In this document: piece by piece, positions 26,553 through 41,260 of the stretch | Layout: every line of letters starts with the position of its first letter | Numbering within the stretch: position 1 is the first letter of the stretch | Source: Podarcis pityusensis | Taxonomy: Eukaryota | DNA: 64,000 nucleotides | Direction: 5' to 3' (one strand) | Assembly (NCBI GenBank): GCA_964106645.2 | Contig: OZ067049.1 | Position numbers and translations under genes: made by a program | The notes under the pieces: model-generated | What the model was told of the DNA's origin: nothing | Databases searched by the model: none | What the model saw: the letters and a program-made list of their open reading frames with translations, nothing else

Positions 26553-27979
26553 ATGATTATAACTTCACTCCAAAATTATTGTTATAAAACAAACACATTT
26601 TAAATCTATTTTTGAAGCCAAACAGTTTATAGGAAAAAAGTAATCAAACTAGGGTTCTTCCCCATATATCTGTATCTAAATAAGCTCAAATATTCTTTAC
26701 AATGATTAGGATGAAATGCAAACTAAAAAAACCCTGGGGAGGAAAGCAAAGCAGAGCTGATGTGCCCCAAGAGCTATAAGTTAATTTTGCTTGGTGCAAG
26801 GAACCTTGATAAAATGGATCATCGGCTTTTATTTATTCATTCAAAAAGTCATTATGGCTGTTAGGAAAGTCTTAAGAACTTGACAGCCATATAAATACAT
26901 GGAGCAAAACCCCAGAATCATACAAACTACAAAATTTTTTTAAAAAAAATAATTATGGGGTAAATTAAGCTTGATTGGCAATGGCCATAATTCTTCATAG
27001 CTTCTGATGCAAAGTATGGTTTTGGATCCATCCAAACCCATCTCAGCCATAGATGGGGCCCTCTTTTCTCTCCTCATGGTGCTTGTGTCTGGGATAACTC
27101 AATAAGGTAATATCCTTCATTACAAAACTATTAATCCTTACGACAAACAGATTGTCTTTTTTAGGTGTAACAAAACCAGCATCATGAACCATGCAAATCA
27201 AACTGAAATACAACATTTCCAATATATATATAATGTTATATCCTGGTTTTGCCATATAAAACTTGGAAGATATAGACTGATCTAAATTACTGTAAAATAT
27301 GTATTGTTTTCCAGATTCTTGATTTCAGTGCTCTCAAGTGCACTTACAGTAAAAATTATTTCTTTATATAATTGCAGCTTATACTGGGAGTGCTACATAA
27401 AGGTACAGATATAAGCAAATATAGCTTAGCATTGCATCATATCTACATTTGTGGACAAGCTGCAACTAGATTGCAATAAGATACCAAAATATGTAAAATG
27501 CTGCCTCTTCAGATAACTGACTTGCACGTCTCCTGCCTTCACGTTATCAGATAATGTTGTAAAGTGACTACATTTCTGTGCACTCTTCCAAGTAAATCTC
27601 AAGGAAAGAAAGTAAACTTACTTATGAGTAAACATGCATCATGTTGTGTTGCATATTCTCTAAAAATGTGCAGACAGTTTAAGAACAGTTCACAAAGGAC
27701 GCATATATGCATACGAGCAATGTATATTCACAACATGCGTCCTATTCTTTCTCTGGAAACCTCCCCTTTTCACACGATTCTCGCACATTTTTCCAGGTAC
27801 TGAGCTGTATGTGACCTCCTTAACTTCAACGTCCACACATGCATCCAGAAAGCTAAGGAATGGTTGTGCACAGTTGAGTCTTGCAAATATACTGCTGTAA
27901 TAGTTTCTAATTACTAAAGGTAGCAGTGATTGATTCCTCTACAAAAGCCACACTCTAGTGTATCTCTGAAGCTTATATA

Positions 27980-28125
27980 TTGTATTTTTCCGCTTATAAG
28001 ACTTCCCCTAAAATATAATATCAAAAATTAGGCGGTGTCTTATACTCTGAGCCATCTCCCCCCATTTTCTTAAATCTGAGTCCCCCAAAATATACATGGG
28101 GTGTCTTATAGACGGGAAAATACGG
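27980..28125. mobile_element. Degenerate Tc1/mariner-type MITE related to the 44955 family
   Basis: GTATTTTTCCGCTTATAAGAC ... GTCTTATAGACGGGAAAATACGG inverted ends. Confidence 0.7.
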
Positions 28126-29137
28126 TCCTTCCTAAATACCCATGTTCTGTCTAAATAAACTTATTCTAAAGGACTTTCAGAAAGGGAAGAAGATGGGTTG
28201 TATATAACGGTGCTCCTCTGCTGATTGAGTGCACTTTTGATTCAGTCAGTGGAAGAGGGGGAGGGAAGGTGATTTTTCATGGATTCCCTTTCTCCCCCCC
28301 CCCCGCCCCCCGATCTCCCCCAGAGAGTTGGGGGACCCTTTGAAGCAGCAGGAAAGGTGTTATAGGAAATAGGGGACACTGGCAAAAATCACTTTCCTTG
28401 ACAATTCACTGATGGAAACCTCTGCTGAATCAGAGAAGCTTCTGTCAGCAGAGGCATATGAGCTATATTTTAAATATATAAAATGTCCATTTTGATTATA
28501 AATTATTTATATGAAATTGCTTCACTATAGGCAAGATAATTCTGAGTAACAAAAGATCCAAGCTCAGGCAAGATTTATGTGGAAACAAGACCCATCCATT
28601 CCAGTACGATTCACTGCCAAGTATGTATTTTTAAGGCTGATATCCTAAACACAATAAAAATCCAGCCACCCTACTGACCCAAATGTAATAAAACCTATAG
28701 ATAAACCAACAATTCGGCTAGAAATAATCACAGAGCTAGAATAGAAACTAATAAAATCTGTAGCTCAGGAAATGATCAGCTTAATTCTTGTCCCTGCCAT
28801 GGAATATCGAGGATGCCTTTGGTTTCCTCAAACCGACAGATTTTAGCCTCTATCTACAATATTTAAAATAACAAGATTGTCTTGAGTTAAACAGTTGTTC
28901 GAAAGATTTCTGAGCTAACATACTTTGTACATTCTGAAGCTAAGATTATTTCAAGCAGTTCAATAACGACTTGGGAAGCTTTGCATCATATAAATTAGCC
29001 ATTCATTACTATTTACAAGTTATGCTTTAAAGGTCACAAAAGCCCTTTCTTAGCTAGTATGGGAGACAGTTCCCACTTGCATTGCCTGTAGGGTTGCCCA
29101 ATGGTGCGTGAGACTATATTGTCTAATGCCTTCTACT

Positions 29138-29277
29138 CAGTGCTATTTTTCTAGAAAAAGAGGTGCCGGAACTCACTATGAACGCCTCCTTTGATCTCTT
29201 ATAATAGCAATGGCGCTCAGCTGAGAGGTGCCTGGACTGAGTTCCAGTGAGTTCCAGCTGTGGGGAGAAAAGCCCTG
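29138..29277. mobile_element. hAT-type MITE
   Basis: Ends CAGTGCTATTTT / AAAAGCCCTG. 8-bp near-perfect TSD CTTCTACT (29130-29137) / CTTCTACC (29278-29285). Confidence 0.8.
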
Positions 29278-30450
29278 CTTCTACCCATGAGTCGATTGGT
29301 GAAACCCAAATGTGAAGCCTCTTTTTCTATCTGACATCTCCACTGTTATTTGCTTCACTGTTCTGGGAATCTTGGCAAGCTGGTAGAAAAAAGTCTGGAG
29401 AAAAGCCTGATCAATTTCATGAGCAAAATGAATCTAATTTTTAAAATTGGGTACGTGGTTTGTGTGTATGCCCGCACACACGCACACACACTGTAGGCAC
29501 AAGTAATAATAATATAATGAAATTTAGGTGAGGAAGCGTCAGTGAAATCGGCAACATTTTCCCTTCTTGGGTTGCACCAGAGAGCAAGTGGGTGGAGAAT
29601 AGTGACTCAAATAGTCACTGGACACATGCCGCTGGTTACAGAAAAGAAAGGAGAAAGCAGGTAATCTTGCTTGTCAACAGTGACCAAAGAGGTATTTCTA
29701 TACAAGGAAGAGAGGTTAAAATATGGAAATGAGCCATTCACATAATGGAATAACACTGGGCACTGAACTAAAAGGAAGCACTGCAAATAGAAAGCACCTG
29801 TTCACAGGTGGCACAAAAACGACACCACAGGAAAGCTGAAATGCAATTGATGCGCATGCAGGAAGGCACGTCTACAATATTTTAACAATCTGATTCTAGC
29901 ACTGCGTTTATTTCGTGAAGGCACACCAACAGTGGGAAAGAGCTCAAAAGCACTTTTAAGTGGCATGTCTGGAATCTGTCTTGCTCATTATACTGTTATT
30001 ATGTATTTGGATTTGTTCTAATAATTTTTTGTTTTTTCTTTTGTAGATGTTTAGAACACATCATACATTCACACAAAACACTGAAGTGACTCTTTATTTT
30101 TATAAATTAGCATACTAAACTAGTTTGGTTTGATATAACACAACATTCAAATTCAGCAGCAGGTGTGACCATGTTTAACTACTGCCACACACCCAATGTG
30201 CTCTATTAACACAAGTTACAATAATGCAGTTCAAATATCTGACATAAAAAAGCACCGAACTCCAGCTTTGTATTGATATTATTTCAGTATGTCTTTCACA
30301 GGATTAAACCTGAATAGTTGTTTAAAAATAAATCCACTACATTTTAAGATCTGATGAGGCAGTAATGCAAATTTGCGTTTTTTGGGCAAGAGATTCCAGC
30401 AGCAACAGTCTGTAGAACCTCAAATCAATGTTGCCTGTGGTGTTTTATTA

Positions 30451-30678
<228 letters not shown>

Positions 30679-31277
30679 TCATTTTGTGCATCAAGCAGAT
30701 GCATCTGGAGATTGCTCTCAGTCTCCTGATTGTTCCGATTAGTTAATTACTTTATACAACACATCTGCTGTATTGATGCATGAATTATACATCAGCTGCA
30801 TGTGGCGACTATTTTTTCATGTTACTTCTACCTTCCTGCTCTGATGCGCTTGGTAAAACAATTTAAGGTGTAATGCCTTCTCACGACTGATCATGAAAAG
30901 AATTAATATATTAGCTTCCCCCACTTTTAGTTTAGCGAAATTTAAAAAACCTCGACAGCAACAATAAGAGCGAACAAGTCATTCTTTTTTTTTTCAAAAC
31001 GCACACAGATGGTGCTGTTCATGATATGCAAAAATATTTTTCTCTTAAGTAAACTTTATGTAAAATGCCTTCTTGTAATGCATCATTTAATTGACTAAAA
31101 TGCAATATACTTTTAATGAGATACCAAAAGGAAAGCTATGAATCGCAGCTTTGTGAATATAAGGTTTCTACAATATTTTGGGGCGTGGGGTGGGTCCCGA
31201 AGAACTGCAGTAACAAAAGAATGCAGGTATTATTCTGAAGGGTGGCCTGCCTTAACTCAGCAGGAACTAAATATTCA

Positions 31278-31541
<264 letters not shown>

Positions 31542-31969
31542 TTATATTACAGTTATTTTTAAAATTCACAGTCAACCACGTATGTCCTCTCCTCTTACAT
31601 TAACAGATGAGCGGATATTGAGCGAGTTACTATACTGAAAAACATGCGTTTGTAAATTTCCCTGTAAGAAACAATAAGAGATGGCTCAGTCCTGAGCGGC
31701 GGGGGAAGGTTAACTTTCTCAACTGTCCACCTGCTGAAACGTATCTCTTCCTTATGGATCTTCAGTGGTATAGATTATTAAGGATTGTTACTCCACTGAA
31801 GGCATTTAAAAACAAAGCCATACTTCCAATGTTTCACACGAGCAAAATATATACTAAGAAAAATGCAATGCAAAATTTGAAATATACATTTTACATGGCT
31901 GCCGATTATAAGCAATAGCACAGCGTATCTGAAAATAAGGAATACCCTGTCCGCCCAGTCCCCCCACTA

Positions 31970-32206
<237 letters not shown>

Positions 32207-35200
32207 TTAAGAAATCAAAATTTCCTTGTTACTTACATGTACTTTCCGAATGGGTTGTCAAAGAAATGCTATGCAGCTGAAATCCTACCCACAGATTCCT
32301 GCCAGATATAGGCTACATCACACGCATACATCTACAAAATGCTGTAACAGGTGTATGTACAGGTCTTGATCTGCTCTAGAATTCAGTACCTGCTTATAGA
32401 AACAGTGAGGTTGGCTGCAGAGAAATAATGTTGGTTGTCCTATCTGATTTGTTGTGAGCGTCTGCAATGTGACTACTTAAATACATACTCTGCAGAAGCC
32501 TTCAGAGCAAGCCATTGCAATGCCATCAACATAATTCTGTTTACAATAAAACTTCCCTAGTAGTGCCAAAAATACTGAATTACTAATTGTCACAAAATTT
32601 CACCTTTGTCTGGCTGTTCTTCAAATTTCACATTTACAAAACAGTGCAAAAGACACCCCCCCAAAACCCAAACCCCACCCAATCTAATGCTAATTGTTTT
32701 TACTGTTTGGAAATAAGCAGGACACACTCAAGTTACATCTAACAAGATACACATTCTGGAAAGAAAAGAAACACACACACCTACACAATTCTAATTATGT
32801 CACATTTACTGTAACCCAAGTTACTGCCATTATATCAGCAGCTAACTAGTAAAAAAATAAATACTGTGCCATACATGTGTGCACATAATTAACTTCCCTT
32901 TTTCTTTTTAAATTAATTTCAAGGGACTATTTTTACATTGCTGTGGTCCCAATGTATCAAGATGAAGAAAAGGTTTATAAATCATACATCACATCTCTCA
33001 TTGATCTCAATGAGATGACAGCATTGCCAGTGAAACAGGCTAGGCCTTTTTTAAACATCGGAATATTTGTGGCTCTTAAAATTTCGCTTTCATTTGAGCT
33101 AGATTTGGAGTAATAGCCCACTGTTCACGCAGCACCGTACAAGTATCACTCACTTGCTATAGGAAGGAGCTGTTCTTGCGAAATTACAACTGATGACTTA
33201 AATGAGAGGGAAGTTGCATGTAAATATAAACCCCTACATCCCACTAAGCCAGAGGCAGAACTCTGGCTACCTACAGTGATGCAGATCAGACCCCTTTACT
33301 GACAAGATTTGAAAGGGTTAAACAGCCGCTACACGGGAGATGTCTCATGGCATATTGCCAGGAGGGCATAATCTTTAGCATAAATGATGGCAAAGGTTAC
33401 TTTAACAGGGCGCCCAGGATCGCCAATTAGTCCTACAACGTTAATGCCTCTGTAAGCACTGCCCTATCTACATTTACAGAAGTCAACCAATCCTGGAAAA
33501 GGTATATAACGCATACTGCACTTGTAAAAGTGATTTATCGAAGACATTGAGGTAACTTGAACTATAGAATCTCTTTGTTGATTTGGTTCTCTTACACATA
33601 CAGTAGCAGATTACAGCGAAAGGCTCCGTTTGAATTACCTCTGCACTGAGCAGTTCACCACCAGAGAAATCAGTTTGGCAAATCAATCCTTTCAGGATTG
33701 CTCAGAGAGATGTACAAGCTTCTCTTGGTTTGCTGAATAGGTTCAGCACAGACCACAAACCTAAACATTTGCCAATAATTTGCATCTTATATAGCAAGAT
33801 GCTTCAGGAAGTTGAGTTTGGTTTGTTTGTTTTTTAAAAAAAGACTAGAGCATGAATATCATAATGTAAATTGCTGGTTTCTTCCTTGGTTCACTTGTCA
33901 GAGCTTGGATAAAATCTGCTTCACAATATGCTTTGACCCATCACTACCCAAATACACAAAGCATGGGAGTAGGGGACTGGATGGGATTGGAACGACTATT
34001 AAAAGCCTAACTGCAGAATCTGCACAGATTTTTGCATGCTTTAGAAATACAGTATCAACTTGTGCTTACTCTATACTTCCCTCCTACTGACCGCAAAGTA
34101 AGAAAATTACATTATTTGGGGGGGGGGGGGAGTAGACAGCCTCCCAACTAAAGCACCGTGGATTTACCCCCAGCTGTGCTAAATACAGATTTATTGTGGT
34201 ATTTTGTATTATAATGGGGAAGTCAGTGTTGTTATTGTGTGAAAGGCCTGCAAGCTCCAGCACTTAAAACACAAATGCCCTTCTCAAAGAAGCAGCGCCT
34301 CTTCTTGACTACTCTTTTGATATCCCCCTGTAGCTACCAAAAGGTATCATCTGACTACAGATGTTAAATCTCAACAACCTGTCACAAGTGCCCTTCTATT
34401 AAATGTGAAAAATGCTAGACAGGAGACCACAATCTCAGCTAGCTGATCACTCTTGCAAGTACTTGGCAAGATCTCCAAGTGCAGCAACTTTATAACCTTC
34501 TAGTATTAAAGGGGAAAGCACTGGTCAGTGCTCAATGCTAAAAATACAGCATGATTTAAACCTGAAGGCAGTGTTAGAGGTTTTGCCGAAGGTTTATGAG
34601 TCTATGTAAACAGCACGTCTGCCANNNNNNNNNNNNNNNNNNNNNNNNNNNNNNNNNNNNNNNNNNNNNNNNNNNNNNNNNNNNNNNNNNNNNNNNNNNN
34701 NNNNNNNNNNNNNNNNNNNNNNNNNNNNNNNNNNNNNNNNNNNNNNNNNNNNNNNNNNNNNNNNNNNNNNNNNNNNNNNNNNNNNNNNGTGCTTCACAGC
34801 ATAATATTAATGCACTCTGTTTAAAAAGCAGCAATAAATTATATTTTTAATGCCTTACCCTGGCTTTCTTAAGATGCATACATTCTTGGCAAACAATCAA
34901 TAAATAGGGTAATCATGAGCAGAGGCCAAAGAATTTGCTGAAGTGCTGTTTTTCCATTTTTAATAGATACAGATCTAACAATACGGACTGCTGTGTCTGT
35001 TCATTCCAAGATCAATATATTCTTTGTTTTCGCCAATCCAAGGAAAAAATAAATGATTGTATGATAAATGTTATGCATCAGAATGAAATGCCATTGCCTT
35101 CTAACTCTCTGTGTTTAATTGTCTTGGTTAAATTTTGTATTTTGCTTAGTAAATGCAAGAAGAAATCTGAATTATAAACTAGTAGCAATTATACTGAGAA

Positions 35201-35983
35201 AAGGAGTGCTAAAACAAAAGCCAAATTATATACAGTACATCTAGATATAAATTAACATGACTGTTGTGTATGATCCACAAAAATCATGTATACTATTAAT
35301 TTTACTTTAAAATATTCATAATACAAGACATAACGCAGACACACACATACCACAATCAGTCACCGGCTCTAAAAGTGTCTCTTTCTTGTGAGAACGTCTA
35401 ATTACAGCAAACCAGTCATTGAACAATATGACACCCAAGTTGTTCATTGCTCAGTAATGAATTGTACTTAAGGAAACAAAGTGCGAAAAATGGTCATCAT
35501 AAAGGAGTTTTCCACTGAACACCAAAAACGCTTTGCATCACTTTCTTGAAGCCAACTAGCAAATGCAGTCAACCTTCCAATTTTGGACTCTTGTCAAGAG
35601 TAGAAGGAGAAATCTGGCTTTTCAAGAACCTATTATTAATTCACAAGCTATAAAAGTGTTTCGCTCAATGCCCCACACAGAACGAGCTTATTACAAGAGT
35701 TATCTTTGACTGGTAGCAGTAGTACTAGGTTCTCAACAAGATGGGTAATCTGAAGGTAAGGAGTCTTTTTTCCCCTATTAAAAAGGACTCCACCCATAAA
35801 AATGCTCCACCCAATAATACAGTTCAACATTCCAAATGCCAGGATGAGATACACGTAGTACAGAAAGGTAGTACTGAAATACAATTTTTTTTAAAAAATC
35901 TTGGAAATATGTTTCTTCTAAAAGACACTATATTGGTTTTTTTTTAAAAAAATAATGTTCCATATTCAGAATTATCGTGTTAC

Positions 35984-36194
35984 CTTTTCTAGCATGTGTT
36001 TTCATCAGATGTCCAGAGTGTTTTAAAGGCACTCCTTGCATTTTAGTTCCTGTACTTCCAAGTCTTCCTCTTCCTAACGGGCTCCCATTCTGCTCCAAGC
36101 GGGCAATTTTGGCTGGTGGACCCTTCGGATCGCTTACATTGTTAGACATTTCTGAATGTTCTTTCCCCTGAGTTGTCTCGTTCAAATGATCCAT
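35984..36194 (-). CDS. SATB1: SATB1 exon 2 coding part (211 nt; start codon, N-terminal NLS region). The exon begins at 36219 with 25 nt of 5'UTR
   Basis: [70 protein letters not shown] is the SATB1 N-terminus (SATB2 begins MERR). Acceptor GGCAG|GTGATCTTTAG, donor GTAACA. Confidence 0.97.
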
Positions 36195-38784
36195 ACTCAG
36201 TCCCGCCTCTAAAGATCACCTGCCATGATTTAAAAAAATATATATGTGTTGTATACGCGTGCGTAGTTTTATGTAGGCAGCTTTACACATGTACATGATA
36301 CATCTGTATAGCATGTTCACATAATATTAAATATGTATCTTAAAGAAAAATACACTCTCAGGAAATTTGCTTCATTGTCAAATTATCTCAAAATCTTAGG
36401 AATTTCTAAGCCTACTAAATACATTAACTGATGTACAGTATATACAGGATTTGTATCTTAAGAATTCAAGAGTGAGAATAGTAGGTGTGACTGATTAAGT
36501 AGCATTCACACAGTAATATACCCACTGCTATAGGTCTCTCAGGTGTATGTTGTAAGGTTATGCTTTTGCACCAAATTTCTTGCTTTATCAAAATATTTCT
36601 CTTTAATAAAGAGAAGCCGTATATTGTTTTCTCCTTAGGAATAAAGAGGATAAGACTTTCAACTAGGCATGCAACAGATCAAACTAGTAATATGATACAT
36701 CCATACGTATCTTTTAATATATAAAAATACCCAGGTTCCCATTGCTCAACAGTCTCTGGGAATTTCTTTTATGTAGCTTAACTTTTTAAACTTAGGAATT
36801 AGGTTGATCGACAACAAATAAAAAGATGTAGGTATGTGTTTTCCATATTCAACAGCAGAGTTAAGAAATGCTAGGGCAACTATCACATCTTATAAAAGTC
36901 ACGTGGAGAAAACATGTCTCTTTGGACAATCACAACTTTTTGGGGAAATCATATTACAAACCTTTCAGCACTTAAAAGAAATCCCTGATACATTTTGGAT
37001 AAATATTAGAACACTGATAAGAGATGTGAAATGAAATAACAAAACTACATACAACTTACAGTATATTCAGTACTGAAACAGACACCACTGCATTTGAAAT
37101 TTTAATTCAGTTCACCATGATTGCTAATTCGTTTTTAAATCGCAATGTTCAATGATACAAAGTAAAAGTTACAGATGAGTACTGTTAATACTGACATGTC
37201 ACAGAGAGAGGGAAAGAAGCTGTTGACTCCTTTGAAAATGTGTGAAGGGTTTCGATGGTACTTTCATTCTGGATGAATACTTACTTTAAAATATGGTCTC
37301 TGCCACCTTTCCTAATTAAGGTTTATCTACAATGCCTGGTGTATTATATATATATATAGCATGTTATAGCATATATATATACATACAGTATGATCTCTAA
37401 GAACAGGTGACCAGTCATTTATGAAACAGTACTTACACCACTGAGCATAAACACTCAAACATGGGGGCAGGGAAGGTACAATTAAATAGAAAGAAATAGA
37501 CTTGTGAATACAGAATGCAGAATAAATCAATTACACTTCTCCAGTTCTGACGAAACCTTCATTTTGGTGAAGATGCTGTATATCCCTATTGTAATTTGTT
37601 TCTTGTTTAATCATACATTGCTTTGTCTTGCATGAACACTGTGTTTATCTGAAGGTTTAGATGCAACCTTAAGAATGCCAGCTGAATAACTATAAAGTTT
37701 AGAATATAATGGTTATTTATCCTTACACTCTAGGGTGACATGCTGAGAACCAAAGGTTTACCGTTGATTGTGGTCCCATCTGTTTTTGGTTATGAGTCTC
37801 ATTAACAATAAATATGCCTACTTTAATCACTTTTTTTAATCAAGATTATTCTTTTTCATTACATTAACTGCTATTTAACCCAAAACTGCACATCTAAATT
37901 ACCAACATCTATAGCATTTGGTAGTGCTTCACCAGAACACTTTGTCTGAGATTCTAGTTTTTCTCTTGTACTCAAACAGGCAAGTCCCTGTCACTCTCTA
38001 AAAACTAACACTCACCTGCTAGAAAGAATAGCCATCACAAGCCAGCTCGCCATTACCTCCTGCCCAACCAACAAAAGTGATAAGATTACCATTCATTTAA
38101 TGTGTATTGCCTAAACACATGGAGCAGGTCGTTTTAAATTGGACTTTGAAGACCCGCCCACTATGCATCCTTTTAGCTCAGCCACCTTGTAAAAAGATTT
38201 GTGTCGCAAAGCAAGATTGTGTGCACATAAAACACCTAATTTACTAATTTTGAACTCTATGCTAAAGTTCATCAAAACCTCCACCTGAAATAGTAATGAG
38301 CAACTGTCAGCATGATTTGCCTATAACAACTCTGAAGATGACAGGGCCAAAAGCTTCTTCCTGTTTCACCTTCAAGCATTTGTTCTATGCACAAGTTTCC
38401 AGCACAAACATTAGTTTCAAGGTACAATTTCCTAAGTGCACTACTAACATAGCAATATGACATTCTAAGCATTTTTCTTCTAAAAAAATGGAACTCAGCT
38501 GTCAGAGCCATCCTTCCTCTAGGAGAATGGAGTATTGTATTATACCTTCAACACTTCGAGAGTTAGCCCCCTCCCCTTTCTTCTCTTTCCCCTCCTCCTC
38601 TCTCCAGATAAAACCCCTTAATCACATTTAAGAGAGGCTCTGTTCTTATCCATTCCATATGGCTGTCATAATCCAGGCCAAGCTTTCACTGTGACCTTTT
38701 AAAGAGACAAAGAAGCAAAACACTATCTAGAAACAGGAACACTGCAGTTTTGAGCGAAATTTTATAAAAAGACCTGAAACTCAC

Positions 38785-40300
38785 CACTTCAAAACTTGAC
38801 AGCATATAAATAATGGAAACAAAGGAGATTTCCTTTGCACACCGATCTCTTGAAGAGGAGGAAGAAGCTCAAGTCTGATGTTTTCTAAGTCCTTTTTTAA
38901 TCAAAAAAAATTAAGGAAACCTGGAGGATACCTCCCTCCCAAAATTCTATTTTTCTGGGGAAGGGGAAACACATAAGCAAAGCATCACAGCCATGGGAGG
39001 GGGAGGCAAGAAGCGGGGAGGGGGGAGGAGGGCAGAGGTTCCAATTAATGTACTGAGAATCGTAGTCTCTCCAATAACGGGGAATGAAAAAGTCTAAAAA
39101 ATTAACCAGACAAGTGTAATGCTCCCAATAATAAAAGTTTCTATTAAAGGAAAAGAAAAGTAAAACTGAGATAAGTGGTAACCTGTCTAACTCTGCTTTC
39201 AAAAAAAGTGTAAATCAGAGAATGAAGATGAGGAGGAAACGAAACAGCTCTTCTGCCTAATATTTCTGAAAACAGAAAATGTATTGATCTTGTCCCTTAC
39301 AATTATTTTCTAATAAGACACAGGCACACAAAAAATACAGCTAAAGACATCCCTTCCCCCTTCCCCCCCAAAAACTAATCCAAAAACTTTCTGCATAAAC
39401 CCTCCATAGAAAAAGAAACATAGCAAAAAACGTAAAAAGGATATTAGAAAAGTTCCAGTAAAGGCACTAAAATTCAGTTTCACTATTGTCCTTGCTGTTC
39501 GGGGTTTTTTTTATAATCATCATCATAATAATGCAGTATGCCTCCCCTTCCTCATTAACCCAGAGAGATTGCGTTTGGGGGGGGAGGGAGGGGGGAGCGG
39601 AAGGAAACAGTCACCACCAAAAGTAAAAAAAAAAATATCAAAAAAATCACTTCACTTCGGAGAATTAAAAAAAATAAAATAAAAAAATAAATCTACTTCC
39701 GAAGACTTAGGGAGAAACGAAAGCTGGGGAGAGAAGACGAGAGGAGGGTGCAAGAAGGGAAAATCAGGTTACCCCAAATAGTAATAACAAAATAAATCCT
39801 GTGAGCTTTCAAAATTCTTGTTGTCCCTCGGCTGGCTATTATGGTTATTTAGGCCGGTTTGGTGGTTGTTGCTGGATGTTACAGGGTGGTGTGCCTGCGT
39901 ATTTGCGTGTGTGTGTGTGAGTGTGTGTCCCCCGGACGTTCGTTGCTTGCTTGCTTGCTCGCTCTCCCTCTCGCTCGCTCGCTCGCTCTCCCTCTCTCTC
40001 TCTGTCCCCATTAAATTATTAGTTGACTCATCACTCCTCCTCCTGCTCCTGCTGCTGCCGCCGCCGCCGCCGTCCCTTCTCCTGCTCCTTCCTCTATTGC
40101 TTTCTGCTCCTGCTGCCGCCGCCGCCGCCGCTTCTTCCTTCTCCTCCTCCTCCTCATTTTAATACAAAATAACACCGAGGGCCACCGGCTTTTTCCCCCC
40201 TCTTTTTTTTTTTAAATATGTATACAGCCCAAGACAGGAGGAGGACGTAGCCTCCCTGCTGCTGCCTGGAGCTCTTCCCCGGCGGCCCCGGATCATCCGA
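38785..40300 (-). other. SATB1: SATB1 non-coding exon 1 (5'UTR) of the proximal promoter. 3' boundary is firm; 5' boundary/TSS is approximate
   Basis: Minus strand ends ...TGCAAAGGAAATCTCCTTTGTTT...TGCTGTCAAGTTTTGAAGTG|GTGAGT. This is a consensus donor and closely resembles the human SATB1 5'UTR immediately preceding GTGATCTTTAG (recalled). Confidence 0.75.
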
Positions 40301-41260
40301 CGCGTCCTGGGAGGGAGAGAGAGACACAGAGACAAGCAGGAGGAGGAGGAGGTGGCGGCGGCGGCGGTGGAGTAAACTGGGGCGGGAGGGGGGGTGGAAG
40401 GGAGAAAGGACATCTAGAAGGGGAATTGGATTAAAAAAGGGGGCTGGAGGGTTAAGGCTGAAGGGGGAGGGGGTTAAAAGTGAGGGGGGGAGAGAGAAAG
40501 AGAGAGAGAGGCAAAGGGAGGGGAAAAGAGAGAGCCGAGGGGTGTGCGATTTCCGGCACAGGGCGCGCAAGAATTTGTAATCAGCTTGATTAGTGTGAGG
40601 CGGCTGTGCATTTATTACACACAATACCCAGAATAACAGGGAGCAATGCGAAAACTGGGAGAGGGGAAGAGATGCCGCCGGCAGCTGCACGAGGCGAAAA
40701 CGATTAGGGAGTGCGGAACGGGCTGGCGAGAGGGACAGGCCAAAAACAGCGGCGGCGGCAGAAGCGGAGGCCACCTTCCTTGCGCAACGAGAGAGGGCGC
40801 GCAGGGGTTGGAGAGTCTGTGGAGAGGGGAAGAGGAATCAAGGAGCCGGGGAAGGGAAAGCAAGGAACAGCAGGCGCTGCTAGAGTCTTGCAACCGTGCG
40901 ACAAACAAACAAACACACACACACACACACACACACAGCCTTCCCAACATCAGCCCGGTAGCAGCCATGACCTAAGCAGGAGAGGGCAAGGGCGCACGCA
41001 CGCCCATCGGGTGCCAAAGGCGAAGGGAGGCAACTCCGGTAGCGCACTCAACAGACTTGGAAACAAAGTAGGAATCGGAAGAACGCGGGCATCTGTGCGG
41101 GCAGCGAGATCGCCGGGGGGGGGGGGGAGAGCAGGTGCCTGCGAGGCATGGAAGCATATGGCTGGCAGTCATGGTTCTATAGCGAGGGAGACAGGATGTA
41201 GTGCGCCTGTGTATACTCTTGTTTGGGAGCGGGGGCGAGGGGGGGAACCTTAGAGGTGAA
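39850..41260. promoter_or_regulatory. CpG island / proximal SATB1 promoter
   Basis: Sharp rise in GC and CpG against an AT-rich background. (GCC)n and (CCT)n runs, GC box GGGCGG at ~40379, ETS-like ATTTCCGG at ~40549; lies directly upstream of exon 1. Confidence 0.85.
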
